Part shown: piece by piece, positions 10,262 through 20,703 of the stretch
Numbering within the stretch: position 1 is the first letter of the stretch
How the letters are laid out: every line of letters begins with the position of its first letter
Assembly (NCBI GenBank): GCA_003485325.1
Contig: DMZI01000070.1
Location: 1-60,024 of the forward strand
Reading direction: 5' to 3'
Length of the DNA stretch: 60,024 nt
Origin: Desulfotomaculum sp.
GTDB lineage: Bacteria; Bacillota; Desulfotomaculia; Desulfotomaculales; Nap2-2B
The notes under the pieces: generated by a model
What the model saw: only the letters and a program-made list of their open reading frames with translations
What the model was told of the DNA's origin: nothing
Databases searched by the model: none
Translations under genes and position numbers: made by a program

Positions 10262-11204
10262 ATTCCCAGAGTTTGCGAATTTGTATATTCCTATAATAAA
10301 AACTTACAATATCTTCCGGTGACGAACCTTTCTCAGCCAGCTTTTTAGCCCCCCATTGACACATCCCTACCCCATGCCCGAATCCTCTTCCACTAAGAAC
10401 CAACGAGCCTTCTTTAACCGCAACGCCGGTAAGTAAAGTGGAACGCATCAACTCACTGCCTATGGCAAGCCTCAGAGCCGGTGCGCTTACCGTAACGTTT
10501 CCGAGTTGCAGCTGCTCAACTCTTCCAGAAGGACCACGTTTTACGACTCTTGCGGATTCAATAGCCCCGGCATCTTTTCCGGTTACTTTTTTCACCGCCC
10601 GGCGAACCTGTTCGATCGGTATCCGCTTTTCCCACAGGCGATTCTCAGGTTTTGTGATAGATAGGCAGTTATCTTTCACTCCCGCCTTTATATAGGGAGT
10701 TGGCGTTTTCGTATAACCGAGCCCCTCGGCCGCAGAGGCTGTAACCCCTCCATCGCAGGCATTAAACCAGGCTTTAATGTACTGACCATTATAAGTGACC
10801 ACTTTACCCCGGGTAAGTTTCACAGCCTGGCGCACGCGATCGTTTATTCTTGAAGGATCATACGCCTGAGATTCCTGTACATCAGTGGACACATCGGTAC
10901 CGTGCAGTTGACGCACTCGACCGCTTTGAATGTTTTCCATCGTAAAGGTTCTTGCCAGGATTGCCTGAGCTGCAAGGGCATTTACCGGCCAGGCGGGTTC
11001 CATTTCCGCCGCCACTACGCCGGCTATATAGTCCTCAAGCTTAATTTGCTTTTTTTGCCCGGTCTCGCTCACGTAAATCGAGATTGTTGGCTCTTTACGC
11101 GGGGCGCCAGGAACCGGCTTGCGGGAAACCTGGCGGGCGCACGCCGTCGCCAGAAGACAGAGTATAAAACCAATCACCAGCATCCCAGTGAACCGCTGCT
11201 TCAT
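10260..11204 (-). CDS. SpoIID/LytB domain lipoprotein
   Basis: LEDYIAGVVAAEM, ALAAQAILART, GHGVGMCQWGA; lipobox LATAC; ATG11204 after AGGAGG. Confidence 0.9.
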   Translation of the reverse strand: MKQRFTGMLVIGFILCLLATACARQVSRKPVPGAPRKEPTISIYVSETGQKKQIKLEDYIAGVVAAEMEPAWPVNALAAQAILARTFTMENIQSGRVRQLHGTDVSTDVQESQAYDPSRINDRVRQAVKLTRGKVVTYNGQYIKAWFNACDGGVTASAAEGLGYTKTPTPYIKAGVKDNCLSITKPENRLWEKRIPIEQVRRAVKKVTGKDAGAIESARVVKRGPSGRVEQLQLGNVTVSAPALRLAIGSELMRSTLLTGVAVKEGSLVLSGRGFGHGVGMCQWGAKKLAEKGSSPEDIVSFYYRNIQIRKLWE

Positions 11205-11616
11205 TTTTTTCCTCCTTATACAACTAAGTGTTTTTATTCTTAACCCGGAGGAAAAAAAATATGTGTTCACTGAAAGGTAACTTAACACCTCCTGCCAGCT
11301 TTTTCCGCTTATAAAAAGATAACCTTTGCTATTAAATAGTCCTGTTTGGCAGGACGTTATTTTGGGCAAGGCGCCCTCACTTAAGGTATCTTTTTAGAGG
11401 AAGTTCTTAAGGGCTAAACAAGCATACCATCCCTCATAACACACCACCTCCCATAATGGTATTATATGTTAATTATAGCATTATCAGGCAAGCTGTATTG
11501 TATACTAAAAAAGCCAATAAATGACCCCAAACGAACATAAAAAATGAAGATCGCCAGATCCCTTCTGCTTGCTCTTAATTACTACTAAAAGCAATAAAAG
11601 AGGGCCTTTAAGGCCC

Positions 11617-11895
11617 CTACAGGTAATCTTCTTGGTCGTTTCCTATTTTCCTGTCTTCAAGGATTATGTACATTTGTGAAACCAGCTTGGCAGGCATACT
11701 CTCCGCCAACATGCAGACTTCCACCTTAAGCCGGCGACGCCCCAAGCTAATTTCAACGATATCGCCGGGTTTTACATCGGTACCTGCTTTTGCCGCACGC
11801 CCATTTATACTGACCAGTCCCCGATCACACACTTCCTTGGCTATTGTTCTTCTTTTTATCAACCGGGAAACTTTCAAGTATTTATCTACCCGCAC
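11617..11895 (-). CDS. yabO: S4-domain protein YabO/RqcP
   Basis: RVDKYLKVSRLIKRRTIAKEVCD. Confidence 0.92.
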   Translation of the reverse strand: MRVDKYLKVSRLIKRRTIAKEVCDRGLVSINGRAAKAGTDVKPGDIVEISLGRRRLKVEVCMLAESMPAKLVSQMYIILEDRKIGNDQEDYL

Positions 11896-11938
11896 AATAT
11901 CACCAAAAAATGAAAATGATTCCAAAAAGCGTTCTAAA

Positions 11939-12211
11939 TCAGGAAATTACTTCTCTTAACGATTTTCCGGCCTTAAACACAGGCACACGGGTAGCGGCGA
12001 TGTCAATTTCCTGCCCCGTTTGAGGGTTGCGGCCCTTACGGGCAGCACGTTCTCTAATCTCAAACGTCCCGAATCCTACCAACTGAACCCTGTCACCCCT
12101 TACCAGGGCTTCTTCGACAGTTTCAATCAGGGCTGATACCGCCCTTTCTGCATCTTTTTTAGTAAGATCCGATTTTTCGGCTACCTGTGCAATTAGTTCT
12201 GCCTTGTTCAT
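11939..12211 (-). CDS. hup: DNA-binding protein HU
   Basis: [27 protein letters not shown]. Confidence 0.97.
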   Translation of the reverse strand: MNKAELIAQVAEKSDLTKKDAERAVSALIETVEEALVRGDRVQLVGFGTFEIRERAARKGRNPQTGQEIDIAATRVPVFKAGKSLREVIS

Positions 12212-12262
12212 AAATACCCCCCTCAATGGATTTTGGTATGTTTTTATTATTCGCTATATTTA

Positions 12263-13816
12263 TTACAAGTTCCTTCCGCCAAGAAAATAATTCCTACTTT
12301 TTTTATTCTTTTCAACTATTTTTGCCTCTTCCCACCAAACGTCCAACTGATCCAGGGAGAATTCGGTGATCTCCTTGTTATTGATCCAGGCTTTTTCCTC
12401 AATATAATGGAAACGTTTGATAAATCTGTTAACCGTCCCAGAAAGAGCTACCTCCGCATCAACTCCCAGAAGGCGGGAAAGGTTTGTCAGGGCAAAAAAC
12501 AAGTCTCCTACTTCCGCCTCCACCTCTTCGGGAGCATTTTCAGCAATGGCCAAGGTTAGTTCCTCTAATTCCTCCTTAACCTTTTTCATTGCCCCCCGGT
12601 AATCAGTCCAGTCAAACCCGACTTTAGACGCCTCGGCTTGTACACCACCTGCCCGTAAAATAGCCGGGAGGTATTTGGGGACATCATCTAAAATTGAATC
12701 CTGAGGGCTTATTTTTTTCTCCTTGTTTTTGATCATTTCCCAGTTCGATTCAACCTCAGCGCTCTCCGCCACTATAACATTGCCAAATACATGGGGATGT
12801 CTTTCAATCATTTTTTTAATAATCCCGGCAATTACATCATTAAGATCGAAAGCGCCTTTTTCCCTGGCAAGCTGGGAATGAAAAACAATTTGCAGTAATA
12901 AGTCTCCCAGTTCCTCACATATTTTATACACATCTTCCTGCTCTATAGCGTCAACAACCTCATATGACTCTTCCAGGACATATTTTCGCAAAGTCATGTG
13001 CGTCTGCTCCCTGTCCCAGGGGCAGCCGTTCTCAGAACGCAGGATCTCCATTATTTCAACAAGCTGGTCCATCGGGCAGCTTGCTTTTGCGGTTTCCGAA
13101 CCGGGCGGCAGATAAATACTGGTCAGATGATCTATCCAATCGAGGCGATCTATCCTGTACAAAGGATGTTCTTCAATTCTTTGAAGATCAGGGACTCCTG
13201 CGGCCCTGACAATAACAACTTTATAATCAGGCGGATAGCTTTCCATTAAAAGCAGCTTGATATCCGAGGCAATAAGGCGATTGTAAACCTGAAGTATTAT
13301 GTTTCCTATGTTTGGCTGAGGGAGTTTTCCTTTGAAAGAGGAACCGTCCAGAATAAGAAGTCCTTTTGAAGGGTCAATGCCTAGGGCGGCTATTATGGCG
13401 TCAAGAAAGCTCATCGCCGGCAGAACATCAACGTCCAGGTTTAACGAAGCCGCCTCTTTAATAATAAGCTCCACCGTTTCTTCCGCAACAAACGGATTGC
13501 CCGGCACGGCATAAATAACAGGCCCCCGGCCGGCCTGCTCAAGCACACTGGAAGCTATTTGTTTATACACATCCTGAAAGTTCGTTCCAGCTTCGTACAA
13601 GCTATCGAAAGTAGTGAAAACAATCCCCTGTTTTTTTAACCACGGCACAACAGGATGCTCCCCTGTACGAAGGAGTAGCCGCTCACCCTGCTTCAAAGCC
13701 TCCCATACCATCAGGGGAATTTGCCCGGGACTTCCGGGACCCAACCCCACAACCGTTATTCGGGCTTTTTGTTTGTGCGGTGTTTGGTTCTCCCTTTGGC
13801 AAGACGCCGAAGACAT
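12263..13816 (-). CDS. mazG: YabN: tetrapyrrole methylase-like domain plus MazG pyrophosphohydrolase
   Basis: VVGLGPG, GCPWDREQTH, EELGDLLLQIVFH. Confidence 0.93.
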   Translation of the reverse strand: MSSASCQRENQTPHKQKARITVVGLGPGSPGQIPLMVWEALKQGERLLLRTGEHPVVPWLKKQGIVFTTFDSLYEAGTNFQDVYKQIASSVLEQAGRGPVIYAVPGNPFVAEETVELIIKEAASLNLDVDVLPAMSFLDAIIAALGIDPSKGLLILDGSSFKGKLPQPNIGNIILQVYNRLIASDIKLLLMESYPPDYKVVIVRAAGVPDLQRIEEHPLYRIDRLDWIDHLTSIYLPPGSETAKASCPMDQLVEIMEILRSENGCPWDREQTHMTLRKYVLEESYEVVDAIEQEDVYKICEELGDLLLQIVFHSQLAREKGAFDLNDVIAGIIKKMIERHPHVFGNVIVAESAEVESNWEMIKNKEKKISPQDSILDDVPKYLPAILRAGGVQAEASKVGFDWTDYRGAMKKVKEELEELTLAIAENAPEEVEAEVGDLFFALTNLSRLLGVDAEVALSGTVNRFIKRFHYIEEKAWINNKEITEFSLDQLDVWWEEAKIVEKNKKSRNYFLGGRNL

Positions 13817-13927
13817 TATTTTTATTTTCTCTCCTTTGGTCTTAAAAGAAGGTTTTTGGCAACATCCCTTCTCCAACACACAAATTCCTTGACGATAAGT
13901 AATTATTTGGTCGTTTAAAATCACATT

Positions 13928-13956
13928 AAAAAAGTGGCCTCCGGCCACTTTTTTTT
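13928..13956 (-). terminator. Intrinsic terminator after spoVT
   Basis: aaaaaagtggcc-tcc-ggccactttttttt. Confidence 0.7.
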
Positions 13957-14515
13957 ACTGTTCCATTTGTTTGGCTAAAAACCCGGCTGCCGTTTCCGCC
14001 AGTTTCAGCTCCAGTTCACCCATTCTTTTTTCCGGTTCTTTTGAGGCCAGAATCACAGCACCAATCGGATCTCCGCCACAAATAATCGGCGCGATTACTT
14101 CCGAAGAATATTTACATTCACCATTATCTATAATCATACACTCTTTACAAAACGGATCTTCACCGGGGTTGTTAATCACCACCGTTCTACGCTCTTCCAT
14201 AGCCTTTTCAAGAGCAGGGCCAATCGGTTTATTAAGATATTCCTTCTTAGGAGCACCGGCAGCGGCAATTATCGTATCCCGGTCAGCGATACAGGCGATA
14301 TGCCCTAAAGCTTCATAAAGCGAATCGGCATATTCTTTGGCAAAGTCCCCTAACTCTCCAATGGGTGAGTATTTTTTTAGGATCACTTCACCTTCTCTGT
14401 CAACAAAAATCTCCAAAGGATCGCCCTCACGGATACGTAAGGTTCTGCGGATCTCTTTGGGGATTACCACTCGACCTAAATCATCGATACGACGGACAAT
14501 ACCAGTTGCTTTCAC
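13955..14515 (-). CDS. spoVT: Stage V sporulation regulator SpoVT
   Basis: KATGIVRRIDDLGRVVIPKEIRRTLRIREGDPLEIF plus GAF-like C-terminus. Confidence 0.97.
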   Translation of the reverse strand: MKATGIVRRIDDLGRVVIPKEIRRTLRIREGDPLEIFVDREGEVILKKYSPIGELGDFAKEYADSLYEALGHIACIADRDTIIAAAGAPKKEYLNKPIGPALEKAMEERRTVVINNPGEDPFCKECMIIDNGECKYSSEVIAPIICGGDPIGAVILASKEPEKRMGELELKLAETAAGFLAKQMEQ

Positions 14516-14565
14516 GGATCACCCTCCCTCCTTGTTTTTAAACTGAGCAATAGATCCTTTATTGA

Positions 14566-14595
14566 TAGTATATAACAAGGAAAAGAAGGTTATTC
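14566..14595 (-). promoter_or_regulatory. sigmaG-type promoter of spoVT
   Basis: GAATA-18 bp-TATACTA, close to the sigmaG consensus GHATR-18-CATAMTA. Confidence 0.55.
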
Positions 14596-14722
14596 ATTTT
14601 TTACCAATACCTACGAAATAATTTTCAGGTTTCGAAAAAATTCAATATTATTCGCTTCCTAAGCAACTGCCACCCATATTTTAAATTATCCTTTAAAGTC
14701 AGGCAAGCTAATTTTTATATAT

Positions 14723-17700
14723 TTACAAAAGACGACGCAGAAAGTCCTCAATAAAGGCCAGGTAACTGACAGGCTCCAAAGGAGAAATCCTTGTTTTCAA
14801 CCTGATTTCAAATTCGTCGGAGTTGTTGAACTTGACCTGATTTTGATAATGACGGACAATAGCGACGAGTTTTTCACCGCTTAATGAGTGCTGACTGTGA
14901 AACTGCATCCGGTAGCCGCCTGCATGTCCGGTAAGGTTTTTTACTCCGGCCTGACTGGCCAGCGCTTTTGATCTTGTGATCATTAAAAGGTTGCGTACCG
15001 GCTCCGGTTGATCCCCATAACGATCAACCAACTCTTCCTCCAGGTCCAGTATTTCATCCTCCCTGCGGAATGACGCCAGACGGCGGTATAGATCAATTTT
15101 TTGATCGGGATCAGGAACATAACTGCTTGGAATATAAGCTTCAACAGGCATTTCTACGGAAGTGTCTACCGCTCGTTGGATAGTTTCACCTTTGGCCTCC
15201 CTGACAGCCTCCTCCAACAAACGACAATAAAGATCAAATCCGACCGCAGTAATATGACCGTGCTGTTCAGGTCCCAGTAAATTTCCGGCGCCGCGGATTT
15301 CCAAATCTTTCATGGCTATTTTGTATCCGGAACCGAACTCGGTAAATTCACGAATCGCCGCCAGCCTTTTTTCCGCCACTTCAGAAATAATCCGGTTCCT
15401 GGGGAAAGTAAAGTAAGCATAGGCCAGTTTGTTTGACCTGCCTACTCTTCCGCGAAGCTGGTATAACTGGGCAAGGCCAAGATTCTGCGCATCCTTGACG
15501 ATCAGTGTGTTTACATTCGATATATCCATTCCGTTTTCAATAATCGTTGTGCAAACTAAAACGTCATACTCGTAATTAACGAAATCAAACATAACCTGCT
15601 CCAATTCGTCCTCACGCATCTGGCCGTGGGCAATGGTAATCCTTGCCTCGGGAACCAGGCCCTGCAGCCAATAGGCGATGCTGTCAAGGTCAACAATCCT
15701 ATTATGTACAAAATAAACCTGGCCTTTACGTCCCATCTCCCTGCGGATCGCCTCCCTGATCAGCACGGCATCTTCTTCAAGAACATATGTCTGGACAGGA
15801 AAACGGTTTTCCGGCGGGGTCTGGATCAAACTTGTGTCACGCACACCAACCATTGACATATGAAGAGTGCGGGGAATTGGAGTAGCTGTCAGGGTAAGCA
15901 CATCAACATTTTCCTTTATTTTTTTAAGCTTTTCTTTATGAGCGACCCCAAAACGCTGCTCTTCATCAACTACGACAAGCCCCAAATCTTTGAAAACAAT
16001 GTCTTCCTGAACCAAACGGTGGGTCCCGACTACTATATCCACCTTGCCGGCGCCTAAGTCGGAGATTACTTGCCTTTGTTCCTGGGCGGAACGAAACCTG
16101 CTGAGCATTTCAACTGAAACCGGAAAGCCGTTGAAACGATCCGTAAAAGTATTGTAGTGCTGTTGGGCAAGAATAGTTGTGGGAACCAATACGGCAACCT
16201 GCTTTCCCTCCGTCACAGCCTTGAAAGCAGCCCTTAAAGCAACCTCTGTTTTACCATAGCCAACGTCGCCACATAACAATCTATCCATCGGCCTCACTTT
16301 TTCCATATCAGCTTTAACCTCCTCAACGGTTCTCAGCTGATCGGGAGTTTCTTCATAAGGGAAAGAAGCCTCAAACTCCCGCTGCCAGATAGTGTCCGGA
16401 TTGAAAGCATACCCGGGCAGTTTTTGGCGGGCGGCATATAAAGCCAGCAGTTCACCCGCCATTTCACGAACAGCTTCTTTTACCCTCCCCTTGACACGGG
16501 ACCACTCGCTCCCTCCCAAGCGTGACAACCTGGGAACCTCCGCCTCTGCGCCAAAGTATTTCCGGACGAGGCCTACCTGATCCGTAGGCACATACAGCCT
16601 GTCTTCCCCGGCGTACTGAACAAGCAGATACTCCTTCTGAACACTTTCTATTTCCAGAGAAACTATCCCCTGGTAACGGCCTATTCCATGATTTTGGTGA
16701 ACTACGAAGTCGCCAACTTTTAAATCGGCAAACGTTTGCGTATGTTTTGACTGCCGGCGCCGCTCCCTTTGATTTTTTACCGGTCGGCTGAAAATTTCAC
16801 TTTCAGTAATTACCACCAGGTTACCGGAAACAAATTCAAACCCCTCATTTAAAGCGCCTAATGTTATTACAACCTGTCCCGGTTTTAATTCCTGATTCAA
16901 GTTTTCTGTTGTAAAGGAGCTAATTCCAGCGTCAATTAAAGATTCCTGCAGATGAAGGGCACGCTTTTTGCCTCCAATTACCAGGACGATTATGTAACCC
17001 ATTTTTATGAAGTATTTTATTTCCTCAAAAAGAGTTTCCAAATGCCCGTGAAAAGCTCTTCTACTCTTTGCAGTAAAAGACAGAATATTTTGGGAGATTA
17101 CCTCCTGTGCTTGTCTTTGCAGCAAAGACAGGTAAATAACCCGGAAACGGCTTAACGATTCCTCAACATACTGCCAGTCAACGTAACCGCCGGACTGCAT
17201 GGGAAGAACCTTTCCGTCAATCATCAGCTCTGTATAGATCTGTTCCCGTTCCCTGCCGATACTTTCAACGATTTCTTTTATTCTTACGGGGTCGTCCATG
17301 AAAACGGGACAGTCTTCGGGCAGATAGTCAAACAGGGTTACAGGCCTGGGATAAAAATAAGGCAGTAACTGCTCCCATCCCAATGAATAATACCCCTCCT
17401 GAAGTTGTTGGATTACTGTTTCGGTAAACTCAACAAGGTTATCGCCTGCTTCGCCGGCGCCGGCCCGCTTTATCTTTTTCAACTGGTTATGATAATCAGC
17501 TTCTATTCTTTTTAACGCCGCGGCCCTGATTTCCTCATTGGATACCAATTCCCTGGCGGCAAAAAAGGTTATTTCATGAACGTTTTCTTCCGACCTCTGC
17601 GATTCCTCATTAAAAATTCTGATCGAGTCCACTTCTTCGTCAAAAAATTCTATCCGGAAAGGGCGCTTAAAGTTTAAAGGAAATATATCAATAATGCCGC

Positions 17701-18232
17701 CCCGGCTGCTGAACTGACCCCTTCCCTCAACTAAATCGACATATTCGTAGCCAAAGCCCAGAAGCCTCAGTTTGAGTTCCCTCAGATCAACCTTTTCCCC
17801 GACCTTTACGCAAGTTTTAGTGCTCAAAAAGACATCCGGCGGGGATAACCTTCTAAGCAGGGCTTCGATTGGAGAAACAACTATCAGGCTTTTCCCCTTT
17901 CCCAACGCTTCCAGAACCTCCAGCCTCCGGGAGGGCGCTTCCTGGTCGTGGGCCAGAACCTGAAAGGGCAGCAGCTGCCAGGTAGGAAAATAACAAATCC
18001 GGGTATCTGGCAAAAAAACGCCTAGTTCATCAACCAGAGCAATCGCTTCGGCATCTCCAGGCGTCACAACCAGCACCGGAACCTCCTGCTGGCGGGAAAC
18101 TCCCCCGATCAAAAAACTGCGCTGGGAACCTGACAAGCCGATAACTGTCTGACTTTTAAGCTGCTTATCCAGACCCATACTTAAACTTTTAAATTGATTC
18201 GTTTGAATTAAAGGATTGAATAATCCCTGCAT
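14723..18232 (-). CDS. mfd: Transcription-repair coupling factor
   Basis: GDVGYGKTEV, DEEQRFG, TATPIPRT, QLRGRVGR. Confidence 0.97.
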   Translation of the reverse strand: MQGLFNPLIQTNQFKSLSMGLDKQLKSQTVIGLSGSQRSFLIGGVSRQQEVPVLVVTPGDAEAIALVDELGVFLPDTRICYFPTWQLLPFQVLAHDQEAPSRRLEVLEALGKGKSLIVVSPIEALLRRLSPPDVFLSTKTCVKVGEKVDLRELKLRLLGFGYEYVDLVEGRGQFSSRGGIIDIFPLNFKRPFRIEFFDEEVDSIRIFNEESQRSEENVHEITFFAARELVSNEEIRAAALKRIEADYHNQLKKIKRAGAGEAGDNLVEFTETVIQQLQEGYYSLGWEQLLPYFYPRPVTLFDYLPEDCPVFMDDPVRIKEIVESIGREREQIYTELMIDGKVLPMQSGGYVDWQYVEESLSRFRVIYLSLLQRQAQEVISQNILSFTAKSRRAFHGHLETLFEEIKYFIKMGYIIVLVIGGKKRALHLQESLIDAGISSFTTENLNQELKPGQVVITLGALNEGFEFVSGNLVVITESEIFSRPVKNQRERRRQSKHTQTFADLKVGDFVVHQNHGIGRYQGIVSLEIESVQKEYLLVQYAGEDRLYVPTDQVGLVRKYFGAEAEVPRLSRLGGSEWSRVKGRVKEAVREMAGELLALYAARQKLPGYAFNPDTIWQREFEASFPYEETPDQLRTVEEVKADMEKVRPMDRLLCGDVGYGKTEVALRAAFKAVTEGKQVAVLVPTTILAQQHYNTFTDRFNGFPVSVEMLSRFRSAQEQRQVISDLGAGKVDIVVGTHRLVQEDIVFKDLGLVVVDEEQRFGVAHKEKLKKIKENVDVLTLTATPIPRTLHMSMVGVRDTSLIQTPPENRFPVQTYVLEEDAVLIREAIRREMGRKGQVYFVHNRIVDLDSIAYWLQGLVPEARITIAHGQMREDELEQVMFDFVNYEYDVLVCTTIIENGMDISNVNTLIVKDAQNLGLAQLYQLRGRVGRSNKLAYAYFTFPRNRIISEVAEKRLAAIREFTEFGSGYKIAMKDLEIRGAGNLLGPEQHGHITAVGFDLYCRLLEEAVREAKGETIQRAVDTSVEMPVEAYIPSSYVPDPDQKIDLYRRLASFRREDEILDLEEELVDRYGDQPEPVRNLLMITRSKALASQAGVKNLTGHAGGYRMQFHSQHSLSGEKLVAIVRHYQNQVKFNNSDEFEIRLKTRISPLEPVSYLAFIEDFLRRLL

Positions 18233-18636
18233 TTAATTACCTTTCAGTCTAAAAAGCATTACAAAAAGAGCTTTAGCAGGCTTATACGCTAAAGCCCTCA
18301 CCAATTAACTGCGTTGGTTAAACAAAACATCCGGCATATAAAAGCCTGCAGTTTTCCCGGTAAGAAATGTATATGCCAGTATAGTTCTAAAAAGAAATAC
18401 GCGATAAAACTTAGGATAAAAAAGTATTTATCCCTTACATATATCATTCATTATTTTACCGGCAAGATAAAAAAATGACCTGAATCTTAACCAATTTTAA
18501 CTTGCGTCTTACCTGCAGTCAAGTCAAACGCCCTGCAATTACCTGTTTATGGTATCCTCCCATAATACCAGGCTGTTTTTATATATTATCGGTAAAATCT
18601 CCCTGCTTTATACCGTGCTGCGCCTTACAGGTTTGT

Positions 18637-18665
18637 TTGACTTAAATAAGCGCTTCTGATACCAT
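18637..18665 (+). promoter_or_regulatory. sigmaA promoter of purC
   Basis: TTGACT-17 bp-TACCAT with extended TG. Confidence 0.55.
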
Positions 18666-18699
18666 CATTTAATATATCTTTTTAAATGAGGTGTAAGTT

Positions 18700-19722
18700 T
18701 TGGGCAGTGTAAAGGACCTTACAGTTTGTACGCCGGCTGTTAAAGACAGTAGTGGAATTGGTATTTTTTTATTTTCAGACCGGTATTCTGTTTTTGACTG
18801 GGGGGAAATGCCGGATCAGATCGAAAACAAAGGCGCTTCCCTTTGCCTTGTAAGCGCATATTTTTTTGAACGGCTTCAGGAAAAAGGAATTAAAACACAC
18901 TATCTTGGGATTATTGAAAATGGAGAGGCAAAAAGGCTGTCTGAACTATCCGGCCCATCTAATTCCATGAAAGTAAGCCTGCTCAGGGTAATCGAGCCGG
19001 CTTTAAAAAATAACGAATATGATTATTCGGCTTACCGTCTGGAAGGAGCTAATTTTCTTATTCCCCTGGAAATAATCTACCGGCGTTCGTTGCCGGAAGG
19101 CTCAAGCGTATTTAAAAGACTGAAAGAAGGCAGCTTAAAACCTGAAGACCTCGGGTTTAAAGACATGCCCATGCCTGGCATGGTTCTCGAAAAACCTTTT
19201 CTTGACGTTTCGACCAAACTTGAGGTAAGCGACCGCTATCTTGACTGGAACATGGCGATGAAAATTGCCGGGCTGGATAATCAAGAAATTGAAGATATTA
19301 AGAGAATAACCGTTTACGTAAGTGAAATGATCACACAGGAAGCAGGCAGGCTGGGACTGAATAATGAAGACGGAAAAATCGAAATCGGATTTGATGAAAA
19401 TAGAAAATTAACTATTGTCGACGTAATGGGCACACTGGACGAATGCCGTTTTACTTTTCAGGGAGTTCCTGTCAGTAAAGAAATAGCAAGAATTTATTAC
19501 AGAAATACAGACTGGTACCGCGGTGTTGAGGAAGCCAAGAAAAGAAATAAAATAACATGGAAAGATGATTTTCAAGTAATGCCCCCAAAACTTCCGGCAA
19601 GGCTGAAAGAACTCATCGGGCTGCTTTACTGCGCCTGCGCCAACGAAATAACGGGCAGGGAATGGTTTGCAAACGTTCCTCCCTTAAAGGAAATCGTCCG
19701 CGAAGCAAGCGAGTTTATTTAA
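18700..19722 (+). CDS. purC: SAICAR synthetase (long 340-aa form)
   Basis: SDRYSVFD, IPLEIIYR, STKLE, DGKIEIG, DVMGTLDECRF, SKE. Confidence 0.9.
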   Translation: MGSVKDLTVCTPAVKDSSGIGIFLFSDRYSVFDWGEMPDQIENKGASLCLVSAYFFERLQEKGIKTHYLGIIENGEAKRLSELSGPSNSMKVSLLRVIEPALKNNEYDYSAYRLEGANFLIPLEIIYRRSLPEGSSVFKRLKEGSLKPEDLGFKDMPMPGMVLEKPFLDVSTKLEVSDRYLDWNMAMKIAGLDNQEIEDIKRITVYVSEMITQEAGRLGLNNEDGKIEIGFDENRKLTIVDVMGTLDECRFTFQGVPVSKEIARIYYRNTDWYRGVEEAKKRNKITWKDDFQVMPPKLPARLKELIGLLYCACANEITGREWFANVPPLKEIVREASEFI

Positions 19723-19806
19723 GAAAAATATTATCCGGACAGGCACGCTTTTGAAGCCATCTCCATATTATTAAATACATTTTAATATTTTATGGGAGGT
19801 GGCATA

Positions 19807-20514
19807 GTGCTACCAGGCTTATGGACCTTGGCAGTTTTGTCGTTAGTAAATGGTCTTTTGCTGCTGGTATCGTACATTGCAAATAATACTTTTCCCCAGC
19901 CTCTTTCCGAAGAGGAGGAAAAGAAATGCCTGGATCAACTTACCAAAGGAAGCGAGGAGGCAAGAAACAAACTCACTGAACATAACTTAAGGCTTGTAGC
20001 CCACATCGTAAAAAAATACGACAATACCGGTGAGGACTTATATGATCTAATCTCGATTGGGACAATAGGATTGATTAAGGCAATCAATACGTTCAACCCG
20101 TTAAAGGGAACCCGCCTGGCAACCTATGCGGCGCGTTGCATTGACAATGAAATATTAATGCACTTAAGATTCATCAAAAAAACGCGCTCGGAAGTTTCAC
20201 TTTATGATCCTATAGGGCTGGATAAAGAAGGTAATGAAATTACTTTAATCGATGTACTGGGTACCCACTCGGAAATCGTTGCTGAAACAGTGGAAAACCT
20301 TTTCGAGAAAAAAAGGCTGATGGAAATAATATGCAAGCTAAATAAAAGGGAAAAAAATGTGCTGGAACTTCGCTTCGGCCTGGGAAGCGGCAGGCATGAC
20401 ACACAGCGCGAGATAGCCAAGAAACTTGGAATATCGAGATCCTATGTATCCCGAATTGAAAAACGTGCGCTGAGCAAGTTGACAAAGGAATTTAACGCCG
20501 AGGGCTGCCAGTAA
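19807..20514 (+). CDS. sigK: Pro-sigma K, uninterrupted
   Basis: Hydrophobic pro-sequence, [37 protein letters not shown]; GTG19807 after GGAGG. Confidence 0.93.
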   Translation: MLPGLWTLAVLSLVNGLLLLVSYIANNTFPQPLSEEEEKKCLDQLTKGSEEARNKLTEHNLRLVAHIVKKYDNTGEDLYDLISIGTIGLIKAINTFNPLKGTRLATYAARCIDNEILMHLRFIKKTRSEVSLYDPIGLDKEGNEITLIDVLGTHSEIVAETVENLFEKKRLMEIICKLNKREKNVLELRFGLGSGRHDTQREIAKKLGISRSYVSRIEKRALSKLTKEFNAEGCQ

Positions 20515-20703
20515 GGCAGCTCTTTTAATTTATAATTCAAAAGTTGGCGCCATCTGCAAAAAGCGGGGCCAGATCATATTCAGCCGCAGCAATACTGACC
20601 CGGTCTGGGTTGAAGGACATATTCCCGTTAAGCGGTGGAACAAAGTCCTGGGCTACCAAATCAAAAAAGCAGCCCTTTGATTAAGCCGCTGCTAGCAGTA
20701 AGC

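Noticed and set aside
10230-13956. Two terminators sharing the stem aaaaaagtggcc/ggccactttttt
   Set aside because: Too short to separate common origin from convergence
3158-14722. Absence of hpt, yabM, prsA and tRNAs from the conserved block
   Set aside because: These genes vary in position among Clostridia; not evidence of novelty
19807-20514. skin-type element in sigK
   Set aside because: The reading frame is continuous and full length
20537-20680. Short open frame or possible ncRNA between sigK and the sugar transferase
   Set aside because: No convincing start or SD and no recognisable RNA motif
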